The translations under genes were made by a program, and so were the position numbers. The notes beneath the pieces are model-generated. The model was not told the origin of the DNA. It did not search any database and saw nothing but the letters and a program-made list of their open reading frames with translations. This document shows, piece after piece, positions 21,699-32,873 of a stretch of DNA of 64,000 nt (the stretch's first letter is position 1; each line of letters starts with the position of its first letter). Origin of the DNA: a virus (taxonomy: Duplodnaviria; Caudoviricetes). Location: IMG/VR virus record IMGVR_UViG_3300021255_000062, positions 61,901 to 125,900 of that record. One strand, written 5' to 3'.

Positions 21699-23096
21699 TT
21701 ATTTCTTCTTATTTTTCTGTCTCTCTAAAATAGCTTCAATTCCAGTTAAAACAGGCTCATCCTTCGGAATGAAACCATTATCATTATCGGAAAAAATAGC
21801 TGACTTAGATTGAACAAGAACGAAAGCAAGTTCCTTATCTAACTGTTCTTTAGTAAACGAATCGATTCTATCTCTAAAATCTTTAAGTTGCTCTTCTTCA
21901 AGAAGGGTTACATACTTATCAATAACTGACTCTTTTTCTTTTAGCTCTGCGGCAAGTTTAAACTCATTTAAACTATCTTTTTCAGAGGTAAGAGTTTCGA
22001 TTGTTTCTAAAGCAGTTGTATAATTACCATTTACTTCTTCTAATTCATTCTCAAGTTTTTCTTTATCCTGTTGTAAAGTAGCAATTGTAGAATTGTTCTC
22101 TTCAATTTTGGAGTTAAAATTTTCTACTTCAGTTTGAAGACCAGTTACTACTTCATCAAGTTTCTCATAAGTATTGTTATTCATAGCATGAAGAACGTCA
22201 AGCGCGTGTTTTTCTTCTTCATTTACGTCTACAATATAACAGGTTTCTAATCTATCAATACTAAGAGAATCTGTTTCATCATTTTTAGTATAATACGCTC
22301 TTTCATATTCACCAGATTCAAATTTAAAAACTACTGCATATTCGTCATATACGTCACAAAGTGCGTAATCCATAATATACTCGTTTTCTTCATTGAATCT
22401 TGGATTAAGTAAAGTCCAAAGCATATTATATTTCTGATTATCAGAAAGTTTAAAGTTCATATGTTTTTCTCCTCCCAAGTTTTGCTTTTGAAATATTTCT
22501 GCACTTTCTAAATTATTCATCAAAGCCTTTACAGAATCTACTAGTGTATAAAATGATGCTCCCTCAAAACAAGGCTCATAATCTTCTCCAAGGGCCTGAA
22601 GTCCAAGGAAACGCCCTGCCGTAAAAACAAAATATTTTTTCCCTTCGATGAATTGCCATTCTCCTTCAATAGAATCAACATACAACTCCATTGATTGAGA
22701 TTTCCCAATTATATCAAAAGCTTCTTGTTTGTAAAGTCCAGTAAAAAGATATATGTCAGTACACGCATAAGTTCTTTCTACTCCATCTGTATCAAGATGC
22801 TTCTCCCAAGAAAAATTTGGATTTTCTGGAACAATACCATAAATACGCCCTTCGTATCTTTCTCTTCCATGGTCTGTAAAGTCATCTTTCATGGTATCAT
22901 ATATTCCCTTAACAGGAACATAAGGCAAGGTTGTTACTAATTTCTCAGCAAATTCTTCTGTAATATAAGTACCATTACGATTTGCACCAGTATAAAAAAT
23001 TCGACATCTTGCTTTTGATAAGACTTCATTATAATCAGTAATATTGCCATAAATAGAAAGAGAAAAAGTTGTTATTTTATCCTTTTCTATATCCAT
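21699..23096 (-). CDS. Prohead protease/scaffold
   Basis: GANRNG, H, KSQSMEL, LG..YEPCFEGA protease domain plus acidic coiled-coil C-terminus. Confidence 0.8.
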   Translation of the reverse strand: MDIEKDKITTFSLSIYGNITDYNEVLSKARCRIFYTGANRNGTYITEEFAEKLVTTLPYVPVKGIYDTMKDDFTDHGRERYEGRIYGIVPENPNFSWEKHLDTDGVERTYACTDIYLFTGLYKQEAFDIIGKSQSMELYVDSIEGEWQFIEGKKYFVFTAGRFLGLQALGEDYEPCFEGASFYTLVDSVKALMNNLESAEIFQKQNLGGEKHMNFKLSDNQKYNMLWTLLNPRFNEENEYIMDYALCDVYDEYAVVFKFESGEYERAYYTKNDETDSLSIDRLETCYIVDVNEEEKHALDVLHAMNNNTYEKLDEVVTGLQTEVENFNSKIEENNSTIATLQQDKEKLENELEEVNGNYTTALETIETLTSEKDSLNEFKLAAELKEKESVIDKYVTLLEEEQLKDFRDRIDSFTKEQLDKELAFVLVQSKSAIFSDNDNGFIPKDEPVLTGIEAILERQKNKKK

Positions 23097-24565
23097 TATT
23101 TAGAACCCCCACGATCTAACGACTCCTCATTAGCAACTGTTTTAGCACTTTTATCTTGCGTATCTTTTTCAGGACGTCCTACGTTTCCTGTTTCTGTAAA
23201 AGCGGTACTTAAAGGTAGAAGTTTTTCTTTCAAATTTAAAACATCATTCTCTAAATCTTTTATACTATTTAATTCGCGCTGAGAAATATCCATAGCCAAC
23301 GCCGGCAATAAAAAACTATAACCAGAATTGGCTAGTTTTAAACTTGTTTCTACATAATCTTTTTGATTATAATATGATATAGGTAAAATCTTATATGTAA
23401 AAGTTATATTTGTATTACCATATCGCTCATTTATAATCGAGGTTATAAAACTCTCAAGTTTGCGCGCCAATACCATCATCAACGCCATATCGTTAGTAAT
23501 AGAAGTACTTAATGAAAGGTTAGAATCTGTGCCAAATAATTGACTACTAGAACCAGACTCAGCATAAATATTAGACAAAGCCTTATCTACAGAATTAAGA
23601 GCATTGTCATTAGAAGTTTTAGAAACAATCGCGTCTACATCGGTATATGTCGTTAACACACTTAAATTCTCATTCTTTTTAAGCATATCAACTGCGCCAC
23701 GATGCATTTCTAAGGCTTCCTCGGGTTCGAAAAGTAATCCACCATCTTGCAGATGAGGTATTCTCTGAACGAGAATTTTTCTAATTTCTTCTAAGTCACG
23801 TTCCTTATTAATATCTTTTGCATCTTCGTATTCTAATTCCGCAGTAATAATATTTAAAAATATTGGCCTATCTTCAAGTAAAGACATACAAATTCCTATA
23901 CTAGGAGAAACATAACACCACGGATCATTAATTTTTCTATTTTTATAACGTCTATACCAGTTAACCACTTCTTTTGGATATGTTGCTAAAGCTTTTTTTC
24001 GATATTCTCCATCGGTTATGGTGTCAAAATAAGTAACATTAAATTCAATTATATCATTACCCTCTTTATCCTTAAAGCGTGAACGACAATAAAAAACAGG
24101 CAAGTCTAAAATAGAAATTGATTTATCTGTTACTTCTTGAATCACCCCATAATAGCAACCATCGCGTAAAACTTTGATTGCTATATGAGTAAATAATTTA
24201 GGTAGTTTTGCATTATCTATAAAAGTAACTGCATTATTATACTTTTTTACAATATACTGTTCGGAGAGATTTTTACCAAAACTTGGATTAGGAATTAGTA
24301 AACCAGTATATTTTAATAAAGTAGCATAGTGCAATAACAATCTTTGATAAAAACCACCCCTTCTAAAATAGTTACGAGAAAGAATAATTTGAGCCTCAGT
24401 AGAACCGGAATCAATAATTTTTTCTATTTCTTCTAAGGTATATTCCCTAACTCTTTCATATCTATTTCTTCCCCAACGTGTCAAATTATAGGATGATTCA
24501 TTTTTAGCAACCATATTTGAAATTGCTCTTGTAAAAGTTGCTAACATATTTTTTTGTTCATCCAT
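23096..24565 (-). CDS. Portal protein
   Basis: 489 aa directly after terminase; PLSTAFT...GRP C-terminal pattern. Confidence 0.75.
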   Translation of the reverse strand: MDEQKNMLATFTRAISNMVAKNESSYNLTRWGRNRYERVREYTLEEIEKIIDSGSTEAQIILSRNYFRRGGFYQRLLLHYATLLKYTGLLIPNPSFGKNLSEQYIVKKYNNAVTFIDNAKLPKLFTHIAIKVLRDGCYYGVIQEVTDKSISILDLPVFYCRSRFKDKEGNDIIEFNVTYFDTITDGEYRKKALATYPKEVVNWYRRYKNRKINDPWCYVSPSIGICMSLLEDRPIFLNIITAELEYEDAKDINKERDLEEIRKILVQRIPHLQDGGLLFEPEEALEMHRGAVDMLKKNENLSVLTTYTDVDAIVSKTSNDNALNSVDKALSNIYAESGSSSQLFGTDSNLSLSTSITNDMALMMVLARKLESFITSIINERYGNTNITFTYKILPISYYNQKDYVETSLKLANSGYSFLLPALAMDISQRELNSIKDLENDVLNLKEKLLPLSTAFTETGNVGRPEKDTQDKSAKTVANEESLDRGGSK

Positions 24566-26376
24566 TATCTTCCTCCTGAGAAGAATACTAATTGTCGACT
24601 ACCTCTGCGCCGGCGGTGGCTTGTCTTATAGTAGTCTTCTTCAAGTTCCTTAATTCTCCATAACCCATAAGAAAAGCTAGAATACTTATCTTTAGGAAAT
24701 CTCGAATTAATTCGTTCAAGAACTATATCCAAGCTTGTTCCAGTTCGTTTTAGTCGAAGATTAGCCATTTCTTCAAATAACTTTGTTGTCATCTCATGCG
24801 GCATCAAACGTACCACACGTTGTTCTACGGTCATTTTTTGACCCTTTTTTGTAGCAAGTAAAGCACTTTTAGCTTCTTGCTCCTTTATTAAGAAGCGAAC
24901 TAAGCCGCTTGTTAATCGTGAATAACAATTTCCATGAATCTTTGAATTAAGTGATGTGTTAGCTTTAATACCATAAAGAATTTTTGGTGCATCTTTAGGC
25001 TGAATCAATTTATAATTATCATCATTAATAAAACCATAAGCAGGAAGCAGATTCCCCATTTCATCATAATGAGGTTTAATCATTTCATCTGCCAAACCAA
25101 CACCTAACCCATTGGTATCAATTACGACCTCGCGCGGATTGAATTGAGCGATGATTTTTTTCAAGTCAACCGCCTGAACAGTAAAAGGTTTAGTTTGTGG
25201 CGTCCTACCTAAAACAATCAAGTTTACTAAGGTTGAATAAAACTTTCCTTTCACTATATTAACCCTAAATACGCTAACTGCGGTTTGATCAGAAATTCTA
25301 CCTACGTCCACTGATATTAAGTAAAATTGTTCGGAATCAGGTCTATTAATTGCGTGCGTTTCTGGATTCTTTAACTTTCTATAACGCGATAGCTTTTCGT
25401 AGGAAAACCATGCATCTTCGCTAGAACCTTGCCAAAGACTTAAATATTCAGTTGCAAAAGATTCAGCATTATAAGATGGACTCATTTTAAGTTTATTAAT
25501 ATATTGCTTATCAATAAGTCCATGCATCGCTGGTAATCGCCAGTCGCATCCAAACATAAAAGCATGTTGTGGATCAATTATAGCATTTTCAAAAGTATCT
25601 ATAAGACGATCATAAGCAAAAGAAGTTTTGCTTCCCGCGCTAGTAGCAGCGATAATTTGTTGATTAGGCTCTTTTTCATTCACTGTATTATTTGGAAGTC
25701 TACGAGATACATTAACCAAAGGAATAACTACAGAGTTAATCATCTCCTCATCACCATCACGTATCTCATCAATCATACCACCCTGGCGACGTCCGCCACG
25801 AGCGGCATCACCAGCAAGCACAACGTCAAAAACAGAGCCATTTCGAAATTTTAAAGTCACATAGTCTTTACCAAAATTACCGGGGTATTCATTCAATTCC
25901 CAACCAATAATTTCCTTCTTTAAAAGAGGCCAATGATCATATATTTCATAAATTTTTTCTTTTGTAATTTGCGCCGCCTGCTGTTTTGTATTAGCAGTCA
26001 TAAATACTTTTCGACCGGGGATGAAAATACATTGTAAGAATAGACCAAGAATAATAATAAAAGACTTTGAGTATGCTCTAGGGGCTGTCAAAAAGACATC
26101 CTTAAAACGCATTACCACTCTTAAAGTTAATCTCTGATAGAAAAACAAAGCAAATTCAGAATCAGCAGGTTTAATAATATCTAAATAAATATCCGGATAA
26201 GCAGTGAAAAAATTAACCCACTTACATAGGCTTTCATAATTTCTATTTAAATATTCATTGGTAATCGCTGCGCCTTTCTCGAGTTCAATACCGTCGCGCT
26301 CTGCTCGTTCAACGAAATCATTTGGAGTTAATTGTTGGCGTTTTGACAGGATAACTTTTTTCCTTTTTTCTTGCAT
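24565..26376 (-). CDS. terL: Terminase large subunit
   Basis: Walker A-like APRAYSKS, RGGRR, IDE Walker B, TSAG, VDVGR and DKYSS nuclease motifs. Confidence 0.92.
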   Translation of the reverse strand: MQEKRKKVILSKRQQLTPNDFVERAERDGIELEKGAAITNEYLNRNYESLCKWVNFFTAYPDIYLDIIKPADSEFALFFYQRLTLRVVMRFKDVFLTAPRAYSKSFIIILGLFLQCIFIPGRKVFMTANTKQQAAQITKEKIYEIYDHWPLLKKEIIGWELNEYPGNFGKDYVTLKFRNGSVFDVVLAGDAARGGRRQGGMIDEIRDGDEEMINSVVIPLVNVSRRLPNNTVNEKEPNQQIIAATSAGSKTSFAYDRLIDTFENAIIDPQHAFMFGCDWRLPAMHGLIDKQYINKLKMSPSYNAESFATEYLSLWQGSSEDAWFSYEKLSRYRKLKNPETHAINRPDSEQFYLISVDVGRISDQTAVSVFRVNIVKGKFYSTLVNLIVLGRTPQTKPFTVQAVDLKKIIAQFNPREVVIDTNGLGVGLADEMIKPHYDEMGNLLPAYGFINDDNYKLIQPKDAPKILYGIKANTSLNSKIHGNCYSRLTSGLVRFLIKEQEAKSALLATKKGQKMTVEQRVVRLMPHEMTTKLFEEMANLRLKRTGTSLDIVLERINSRFPKDKYSSFSYGLWRIKELEEDYYKTSHRRRRGSRQLVFFSGGR

Positions 26377-26380
26377 TTAT

Positions 26381-27370
26381 CTATCCTCCCAAATCGGCCT
26401 CAAATTCATCATCTTTAAAAAGCTGTTCAAAGCCTTCATTCTCATAGTTATCAAAATCTGTATTTTTATCATTTAAATCATAATACGACTCTAGCTCAGC
26501 CGCAGTCTTCAAAGCTTGAATACGTTGAGTTATTTCATCACCAATCCCAGATTCATTTGTATATAACCTTTGATTCCAAGATTGAATGTTCTTAATAGTC
26601 TCGTCAACGACGTCTCTTGTTTCCCCATCGTAAAAATTATTAACAAATCCTTTCTTTTCAAGCCATCGACAAAGCTCTCCCATTGATTCGAAATCGCTCG
26701 CATTTTTAACGTTTTTAGGAGTAAACTCTCCCGTTTTAACTAACTTATCATATGAAGCAAGCAGCTTATCAAAATCTGCTCCTTCTCTAATCCTACAATC
26801 TATCTCATAAGAAATCTTACAAATTTTCAAGGCTTGGTCGCCTTGAAGCGCGCCATTAATATTTTGAGTCAGGAGCAATCCATCATATAAATTTTCTAAA
26901 TAGTTCAAAGCCTCATCATCATAATTAAAGCCCCATTTCTCTTGAAGTCGATGTCTTTTTTCTTCCGCCAATCCGGGTATTACTTCATCAAGGGCGCCCG
27001 CAGCGTTAAGTTCTTCGTATGCTTCTTGGTAAGACTTCCAATCTATATTCTCATAACTCTCACCAAAATAAATTAAATTATATGCCTTCAATAGCTCCGC
27101 CGCAGTATGATTGGGGAACAACTCAACAAATTTTTTTGGCTCAAAAGGAATATCTAAAAACTGGCAAATCTTATCCATCGCATTCCAATCATATATTTCT
27201 TTTTCCTCTGTTTTAATTCTTTCTCCTAAACAGTCTACACATACATCTATATATCCGGTTGGATACATAAAAGACTTGGTTCGCAAATAAGAAAAAGAAT
27301 CTTTCATCTGGCCGCAGCAAACGCATTTCTTTGAAGAGAAATCTATATCAAAATGTGGATTTAAAGCCAT
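26381..27370 (-). CDS. Putative terminase small subunit (zinc-finger N-terminus)
   Basis: Immediately upstream of terL; CxxC...CxxC. Confidence 0.5.
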   Translation of the reverse strand: MALNPHFDIDFSSKKCVCCGQMKDSFSYLRTKSFMYPTGYIDVCVDCLGERIKTEEKEIYDWNAMDKICQFLDIPFEPKKFVELFPNHTAAELLKAYNLIYFGESYENIDWKSYQEAYEELNAAGALDEVIPGLAEEKRHRLQEKWGFNYDDEALNYLENLYDGLLLTQNINGALQGDQALKICKISYEIDCRIREGADFDKLLASYDKLVKTGEFTPKNVKNASDFESMGELCRWLEKKGFVNNFYDGETRDVVDETIKNIQSWNQRLYTNESGIGDEITQRIQALKTAAELESYYDLNDKNTDFDNYENEGFEQLFKDDEFEADLGG

Positions 27371-27371
27371 T

Positions 27372-27644
27372 TTATTTCCCTCTTTTAATTACTTTACTTA
27401 CTAATCTGTTCAAATTTATTCGGCGGGTTCTGCTTAAATTTTCAACTTTGTCGCACAAATCACACCAAATGTCAGTAAAATCGCGGGCTGATTGGTTCAT
27501 ATGCTTATCATCTGCATCTTTATTTAAAGACTCATCTACATTATATAAATCAACCCCTAAAATTTTACAGACTCCAAGAAATTCTACAGTATCTAGTTTG
27601 ACAATCTTTTTTAATAAATCTTCTGAACTATTTCTACCAATCAT
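27372..27644 (-). CDS. Hypothetical protein
   Basis: Coupled ORF. Confidence 0.6.
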   Translation of the reverse strand: MIGRNSSEDLLKKIVKLDTVEFLGVCKILGVDLYNVDESLNKDADDKHMNQSARDFTDIWCDLCDKVENLSRTRRINLNRLVSKVIKRGK

Positions 27645-28957
27645 AATTTACTCCTTTTCTTCTTTCGAACTTCTCTCTCGCACCTCTTACATCTATTTTG
27701 AAAACCATCTTTATTTCTGCTCTTCTTAATCCAGTTCCTTCCGTCTAACAGTAAAATTCTACCGCAATCAGTACATTTTTTAAAGTTCTCTGGAAAAAAA
27801 CAGTTTTCAATAGTATCTTGATGAATTCTTGCCGCCTCATTAATTTTTGTAATAATTTTTTGCTTAAAAATAGTACTAATATAATTTGCAGTATAACTCT
27901 TCCCATATTTTTTATTAATATAATTAGCTATATCAATATTTTTTTCTTTTTTCTCTTTTAAACGTAAAATTTCCTTTTGTACATCTGTTAAATCAGCAAT
28001 AGATTCATAAAATTTCAATGTTTTTAAAAGACTATCTAAATTATTTTCCACTATATAATTAGATTTAACTCGAGCAATCCTATCTTCAAAGTCTTCTTTA
28101 AATAAGTAAAGCTGATAGACCATATCGAGTTCTCTAAAGTCAAAAACTTTTGAATCTTTAAAATCTATTTCTTTTTTCTTCCATATTAAATCATTAATTG
28201 TTTTTAGTTGTTTTTCGCTGAGGGCGCCGGGGTCAAAATCAGTATTAAAAATAAGCTCGCCCGCTTCTCCCTCTATTAATCCCAAAGGCAATACCTGTAT
28301 ATCGCAGTCAAAAACCAATGTATCATCTTTTGGACTATAAATAGACTGAGTAATGTTAAAAGTACTCTTATAAGAATCTCTAATCGTAAATTGTTCTGTT
28401 CTAAGTTCGCGCAATCGATGTCGCAATTTAAGATAGTTATATTGACTAAGTTTTTGACTGCGCGCACGTATAAGTTCAGCCTCTTCGTCGGTGAATCGTT
28501 TTAATAACTCATCTCTTGGTGGCTTGTCTCTTTTTCCAGACGCTATCTCATAAAAATTGATTTCCAATTCAGTCTCATCAATATTTCTCCATAATTTTTC
28601 AAAAGTTTCAATTAAATATTGTGGAGCCTGGCGTCGAGCTTCGCTTCTACTAAAAACCTTTCTATTCTTTTTTAAAACAACTGCATCGTTAAGTGAGTAG
28701 AGCTGTATGTTGGCTAGAGCTGGATTTTCTAAAACCGCATCTAATGATTCTACGTCGTTTGTTTTGGCCCATCTGGTTTTTAAATCTGTACCTGCACCAA
28801 TTGGGGTACCATCTTCGGTCTTGCCCCATAGTAAATAGTCTGCAATTGTGGTGGCTTCTGTTGAAGTCAAATCGGAAAATTGTGCCACATAATCGTTAAT
28901 AAAGTTAACTCGTTCTTCCACTGTTTCTAGGCTGAAGTCAAGCTTCAATCTATTCAT
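27641..28957 (-). CDS. Putative transcription regulator (HTH plus C-terminal zinc ribbon)
   Basis: LTDVQKEIL...NIDIANYIN..YTANYIS HTH-like segment; CTDC...CKRC; heads the late operon. Confidence 0.5.
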   Translation of the reverse strand: MNRLKLDFSLETVEERVNFINDYVAQFSDLTSTEATTIADYLLWGKTEDGTPIGAGTDLKTRWAKTNDVESLDAVLENPALANIQLYSLNDAVVLKKNRKVFSRSEARRQAPQYLIETFEKLWRNIDETELEINFYEIASGKRDKPPRDELLKRFTDEEAELIRARSQKLSQYNYLKLRHRLRELRTEQFTIRDSYKSTFNITQSIYSPKDDTLVFDCDIQVLPLGLIEGEAGELIFNTDFDPGALSEKQLKTINDLIWKKKEIDFKDSKVFDFRELDMVYQLYLFKEDFEDRIARVKSNYIVENNLDSLLKTLKFYESIADLTDVQKEILRLKEKKEKNIDIANYINKKYGKSYTANYISTIFKQKIITKINEAARIHQDTIENCFFPENFKKCTDCGRILLLDGRNWIKKSRNKDGFQNRCKRCEREVRKKKRSKL

Positions 28958-29108
28958 ATGTGTTACCTCCCATATCTATAGTATACCACAGCGCGCCGCA
29001 GAAGTCAAATTTTGAGAAACTCCTAAAATTTGACTTTTCTTTAAAAAACTTTTATTATTAATATAAGGAAACAAATTAAATTAAAATTCATAAGTGAGGA
29101 TATATTGA

Positions 29109-29840
29109 ATGAATTGTAGAGTAAGTCTTACAACGAAAATTGATTCTTCTACTTTAGAAGAGGGAACTGAAATTCTTGTTCTTAATCCCGATGATTACGA
29201 TTTAGGTTCAATAGAACAAATTAAAACTAAGGGATATAAGGTGTTAGCCTATTTATCAATTGGTACAATTAAGAAAGACCACCCATGGTATTTTAAATAT
29301 AAGCGATATAAGTTGGGAGAATTGAATAGTCAGTTAAATGAAATCTATGTTGATGTGAGAGAGAGGGACTGGAGAGATTTTGTTGTTGAGTGCGCGCGAG
29401 TGATTAGAGAGAAGGGTTTCGACGGTTGGTGGTTAGATAACTTAGACATTTATGAACACTATAAGTCTGCGAAAATGTTTATTGCTTGTAATTTGTTGAT
29501 AAAGAAGATAAAACGGCTTGGCGGTTATGTGATGGTGAGTGGGGGAAGTGAGTTTTTTGATTTTGCAATTGATCAGGACGTAGATTTGTCGATGGTTGAT
29601 GGGGTTATGCAGGGAGAGGTTTTCTCGTTAATAACGTCATATGAAAGGGGTGGAAAGTTTTCAAAACAAAAGAAAACGCGAAGAGAGTTCTATGAGAAGC
29701 TTTTACGAAGGTTGCGCAAGGGTGGAATTGATATATTTTTATTGGAGTATACGAGAAGCGAGAAAGTGAAAGATGAGATAAAAAGGTGGGCAAAAGAGAA
29801 TAAGGCGAGTTATTGTATAGCGGATGAAATAGTTTTATAA
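29109..29840 (+). CDS. GH114-like endo-alpha-1,4-polygalactosaminidase
   Basis: VLAYLSIGT, YVDVR..DW, KGFDGWWLDNLD and LLEY motifs; own promoter and terminator. Confidence 0.7.
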   Translation: MNCRVSLTTKIDSSTLEEGTEILVLNPDDYDLGSIEQIKTKGYKVLAYLSIGTIKKDHPWYFKYKRYKLGELNSQLNEIYVDVRERDWRDFVVECARVIREKGFDGWWLDNLDIYEHYKSAKMFIACNLLIKKIKRLGGYVMVSGGSEFFDFAIDQDVDLSMVDGVMQGEVFSLITSYERGGKFSKQKKTRREFYEKLLRRLRKGGIDIFLLEYTRSEKVKDEIKRWAKENKASYCIADEIVL

Positions 29841-29843
29841 AAT

Positions 29844-29872
29844 GACCTGGTCGAAAGACCGGGTTATTTTTA
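29844..29872 (+). terminator. Intrinsic terminator
   Basis: GACCTGGTC-gaaa-GACCGGGTT plus T-tract. Confidence 0.75.
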
Positions 29873-30259
29873 TTTCGTGGATATTATGTTCAATTTTTTA
29901 TTTCGTGGATATTATGTTCCAGGCATCGAACATTTGTTCGGGTCAAAACGGGCCACTTCCCATAAGCATGGGCCCACTACCAATATTTTACAATTCAAGC
30001 GAGCGAAAATAAAAACTATTCCTCTTACTGGAAAATTTTTACAATTGCTCACACCGAAAAATTTCAATTTTTATTTTTCCAATTTTTTACAGTGGAAAAA
30101 TTTTTTTCGAAAAAATTTCATTTACATATTTTTACAGTGGTAAAATTTGACAGGGGAGATTTTCCTAAAATAAAGGTACTACTAGATTTTAAGACTACCA
30201 TTTTTAAAAAGTGGTACAGTATCAAAATGATACTGGGGGATAGAGAAGAAGCAAGGATT

Positions 30260-30760
30260 TTAAGTCCTTGCCTCGAACCATTTTTCAATGGCTTCTCTTT
30301 GTACGTTTGTCGGTTTCGGTCCTCTGATAACCTTTCGGCTTTTTTCGTATCTTGCGAATCTGTAAAGGAATTGATTGAACTCGTCGGCGTTCATGTTGTA
30401 GATTATCAATTCTTCTTCTTCCTTCCAACCGAAGTCGAAGTTTGTGCTTTCTACTTCTTTCCAGTAGGTTTCAAGTATTGCTTCGAAGGTGTTGCCTTTA
30501 ATCGGTGCTAATGTGAATTCCCAACTTTTACAACTTGTGTGTGTTTCTTCAATGTCGCTTCCCTCGTTGTATTTTCCGTTTCCGTCCTTGTGGGTGTCGT
30601 ACCCTTTAACGAATTTATCTGCTATCTCGAAGAAGTCGCCTGCGTTGCCTCTTTTGTATTCGTTTAGAAGAGTGTCAAACCATTCGTATTTGCTCCCTCT
30701 TCTAGTGTTATCAAACTTGTAGTCAAGTCCTCTTAAGTTATAAACTGTCTTTGTTGCCAT
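30260..30760 (-). CDS. Hypothetical protein, possible PD-(D/E)xK fold
   Basis: Start MATKTV with GGAGAGGAGG SD; GNAGDFFE...GSDI..TSCK pattern. Confidence 0.55.
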   Translation of the reverse strand: MATKTVYNLRGLDYKFDNTRRGSKYEWFDTLLNEYKRGNAGDFFEIADKFVKGYDTHKDGNGKYNEGSDIEETHTSCKSWEFTLAPIKGNTFEAILETYWKEVESTNFDFGWKEEEELIIYNMNADEFNQFLYRFARYEKSRKVIRGPKPTNVQREAIEKWFEART

Positions 30761-31066
30761 TCTGTTGGCCTCCTCTCCTCTGTTCTTGAGTCTATTATAA
30801 GGCATAAACCGGCAGATTAGAAGGCACTTTATTGCTATCAATAGGTAAATACTTGTCACGTTTCAATGGATGATATGACAAGATAGTATCAGTTGCAGTC
30901 GGCGGATCCTTCGGTAGATACTTTATTACTTTAGTGTAGTGAAGTGTCCAGGCAGGTCCAGGATAGTAGCGTTTACTTTAGTGGTTTAAAGTATTAAAGT
31001 ACTGTGTACTTTAATACTTTAAAGTGTTGAAGTGGTATACGTAAAAAAAAGAATCCTTGCGGATTC

Positions 31067-31225
31067 TTATTTATAAAGAAGTTCTTTTGTCTGATAAAGA
31101 TTGTCAGTGAAAATGTGACCGTAAACATATCTTGTGTATGCCATGTTAGTAACGTCTTTCTTTCTTCCCCTTGCTAACTCTTTTCCGTCCTTGTCTGTTA
31201 ATACCCATACTCTCCAGTTTTTCAT
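31067..31225 (-). CDS. Small early protein (52 aa)
   Basis: MKNWRVWV..., AAGGAG SD, terminator hairpin at the stop. Confidence 0.6.
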   Translation of the reverse strand: MKNWRVWVLTDKDGKELARGRKKDVTNMAYTRYVYGHIFTDNLYQTKELLYK

Positions 31226-31544
31226 TTTGTTTTCTCCTTTCGTTTGATGCTTTCTTTAACTGTCTATATATTATCATATATTGAAATATTCGTACAGATA
31301 TTTTTTTGTTATTTCAGAGAAAATTCAGGTAAATAATTGTCAATTTATTTAGGTTATGAAAGTACTTTCCCACTTGCAAATGACAACATTCTACCCGCGC
31401 GGGCGGCCGGATTCGGTGTGGACGGATTTGGTGTAGACGGATTCTAATTGTAAATGATAGAATGAATCGGTATAGTTCGGCGGTCCTGCTGCCGCCGATG
31501 AATTGAATTATTAAGAGGCAGATAATCTGTTTTGTCTTTTAATC

Positions 31545-31860
31545 AGTTAGTTATAACTAATCTATTTTGAGTTTATAAAACTAAAACTAATTTAATTAAT
31601 TTAAATTGAACAAAACTAATTTAAATTAATTGGATTAATTTTAGATTAGATACTGGTATTTAAGTTAGTTGAAACTAATCAACTAATTAGATTGATTGCA
31701 TCTTATTCAAGTTAGTTGAAACTAACCAACTAATTAAGTTAGTTGTAATTAACCAATTAATTAAGTTAGTTGCAACTAACCAACTAACTCTAATTGGTTG
31801 GTTAGTTGCAACTAACCAATTAGCACTGACTAACCGAGTTAGTTGCAACTAACCAACTAT
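31545..31860. repeat. Cluster of GTTAGTTG(A/C)AACTAACCAACT repeats beside an AT-rich tract
   Basis: About 7 near-identical copies; internal palindrome GTTAG-N6-CTAAC. Confidence 0.85.
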
Positions 31861-31883
31861 TATAGGACAAATAAAAGAGAGGA

Positions 31884-32129
31884 TTATAAATCCTCTCCCA
31901 TGTAGTCCTCGTAGCAAAGCGAGCAAATATACTCGCCTTCTTCAAAGTCGCAAGTCCAAGCTTCTAAGTCGAAGTAAGTAACCATTCTGCCACAATCTGA
32001 GCATTTGAAGACTCTCGCTTTATCAGATTCAAGAATCTTACGCAACTCTTTACATCTGTCTTTTCTTCCTGCCTTGTATTCTGCTTCCCATTCGTTTGCT
32101 ATTGCCATTACTTCATTGATTGTCATCAT
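31884..32129 (-). CDS. Small zinc-finger early protein
   Basis: CSDC...CSLC; own promoter and SD. Confidence 0.65.
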   Translation of the reverse strand: MMTINEVMAIANEWEAEYKAGRKDRCKELRKILESDKARVFKCSDCGRMVTYFDLEAWTCDFEEGEYICSLCYEDYMGEDL

Positions 32130-32332
32130 TTTGTTTTCTCCTTTTCTTTTGTGTTTTTGTTTGCCTTCCTTAATTGCCTATATCTTATCACATACCGGCC
32201 TACTTGTCAATAGATTTTGAAAATAAAGTTGCACAAAAGATTAGATTTGTTTTTGTGCAATCTGCTGATCTCTGGCCGGCCTGCGGGTAAGTGAATTACT
32301 TGTCAACCATCAACAAATAAAAAACTGGAATC

Positions 32333-32428
32333 TTAGGATTCCAGTTCTTCTAACTCGATACCGAGCAGTTCTGCGATGTCTTCAAGTGTTGCGCCAAAAT
32401 CAAGAGCCTCTTCAATTGTGTAATTCAT
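32333..32428 (-). CDS. Small acidic early peptide (31 aa)
   Basis: MNYTIEEALDFGATLEDIAELLGIELEELES; AAGGAGG SD, own promoter and terminator. Confidence 0.6.
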   Translation of the reverse strand: MNYTIEEALDFGATLEDIAELLGIELEELES

Positions 32429-32510
32429 TTTTATTCCTCCTTTTGTGTTGCCTTCCTTAACTGTCTATATCTTATCATATTTCGGCTTATTTGTCAACAA
32501 CTTTTTGAGG

Positions 32511-32654
32511 TCAACGGCGAAGATTTTCATCTTCGCCGTTGACCTTTATGTATTCTCTTGAATACTCGTGTTCGTGATCGAACCGGACTACCACGTGGTA
32601 ATCATTCTCTTTAACAACAGTGCCCCAACCATATCTTGCATCGTATACTCTCAT
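32511..32654 (-). CDS. Small early protein (47 aa)
   Basis: MRVYDARYGWGTVV..; SD, promoter and terminal hairpin. Confidence 0.6.
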   Translation of the reverse strand: MRVYDARYGWGTVVKENDYHVVVRFDHEHEYSREYIKVNGEDENLRR

Positions 32655-32873
32655 GTTTTTGTCTCCTTTCTTTTGATAGTTTTATTATAGCAGACAATGG
32701 GTATTTTGTCAATACCTTTTTTAATTTTTTAAAAAAAATTTTTCAATGGCGGCCGGAAAAAAATCAGACCGAAGGCGACGGAACCCCTTCGGCCCTAGAT
32801 GTTAAGGACGTTTCTATACCTCCTTAACTCTGTATTAAGTATAACATGTTTAGGCTAGTTTGTCAAGAACCTT

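Noticed and set aside
4711-28899. Short antisense or out-of-frame ORFs inside structural genes
   Set aside because: Shadow ORFs without SD or recognisable motifs
31820-31846. HrcA CIRCE element
   Set aside because: Only a partial left arm (TTAGCACT) matches; the right arm is a GTTAG repeat
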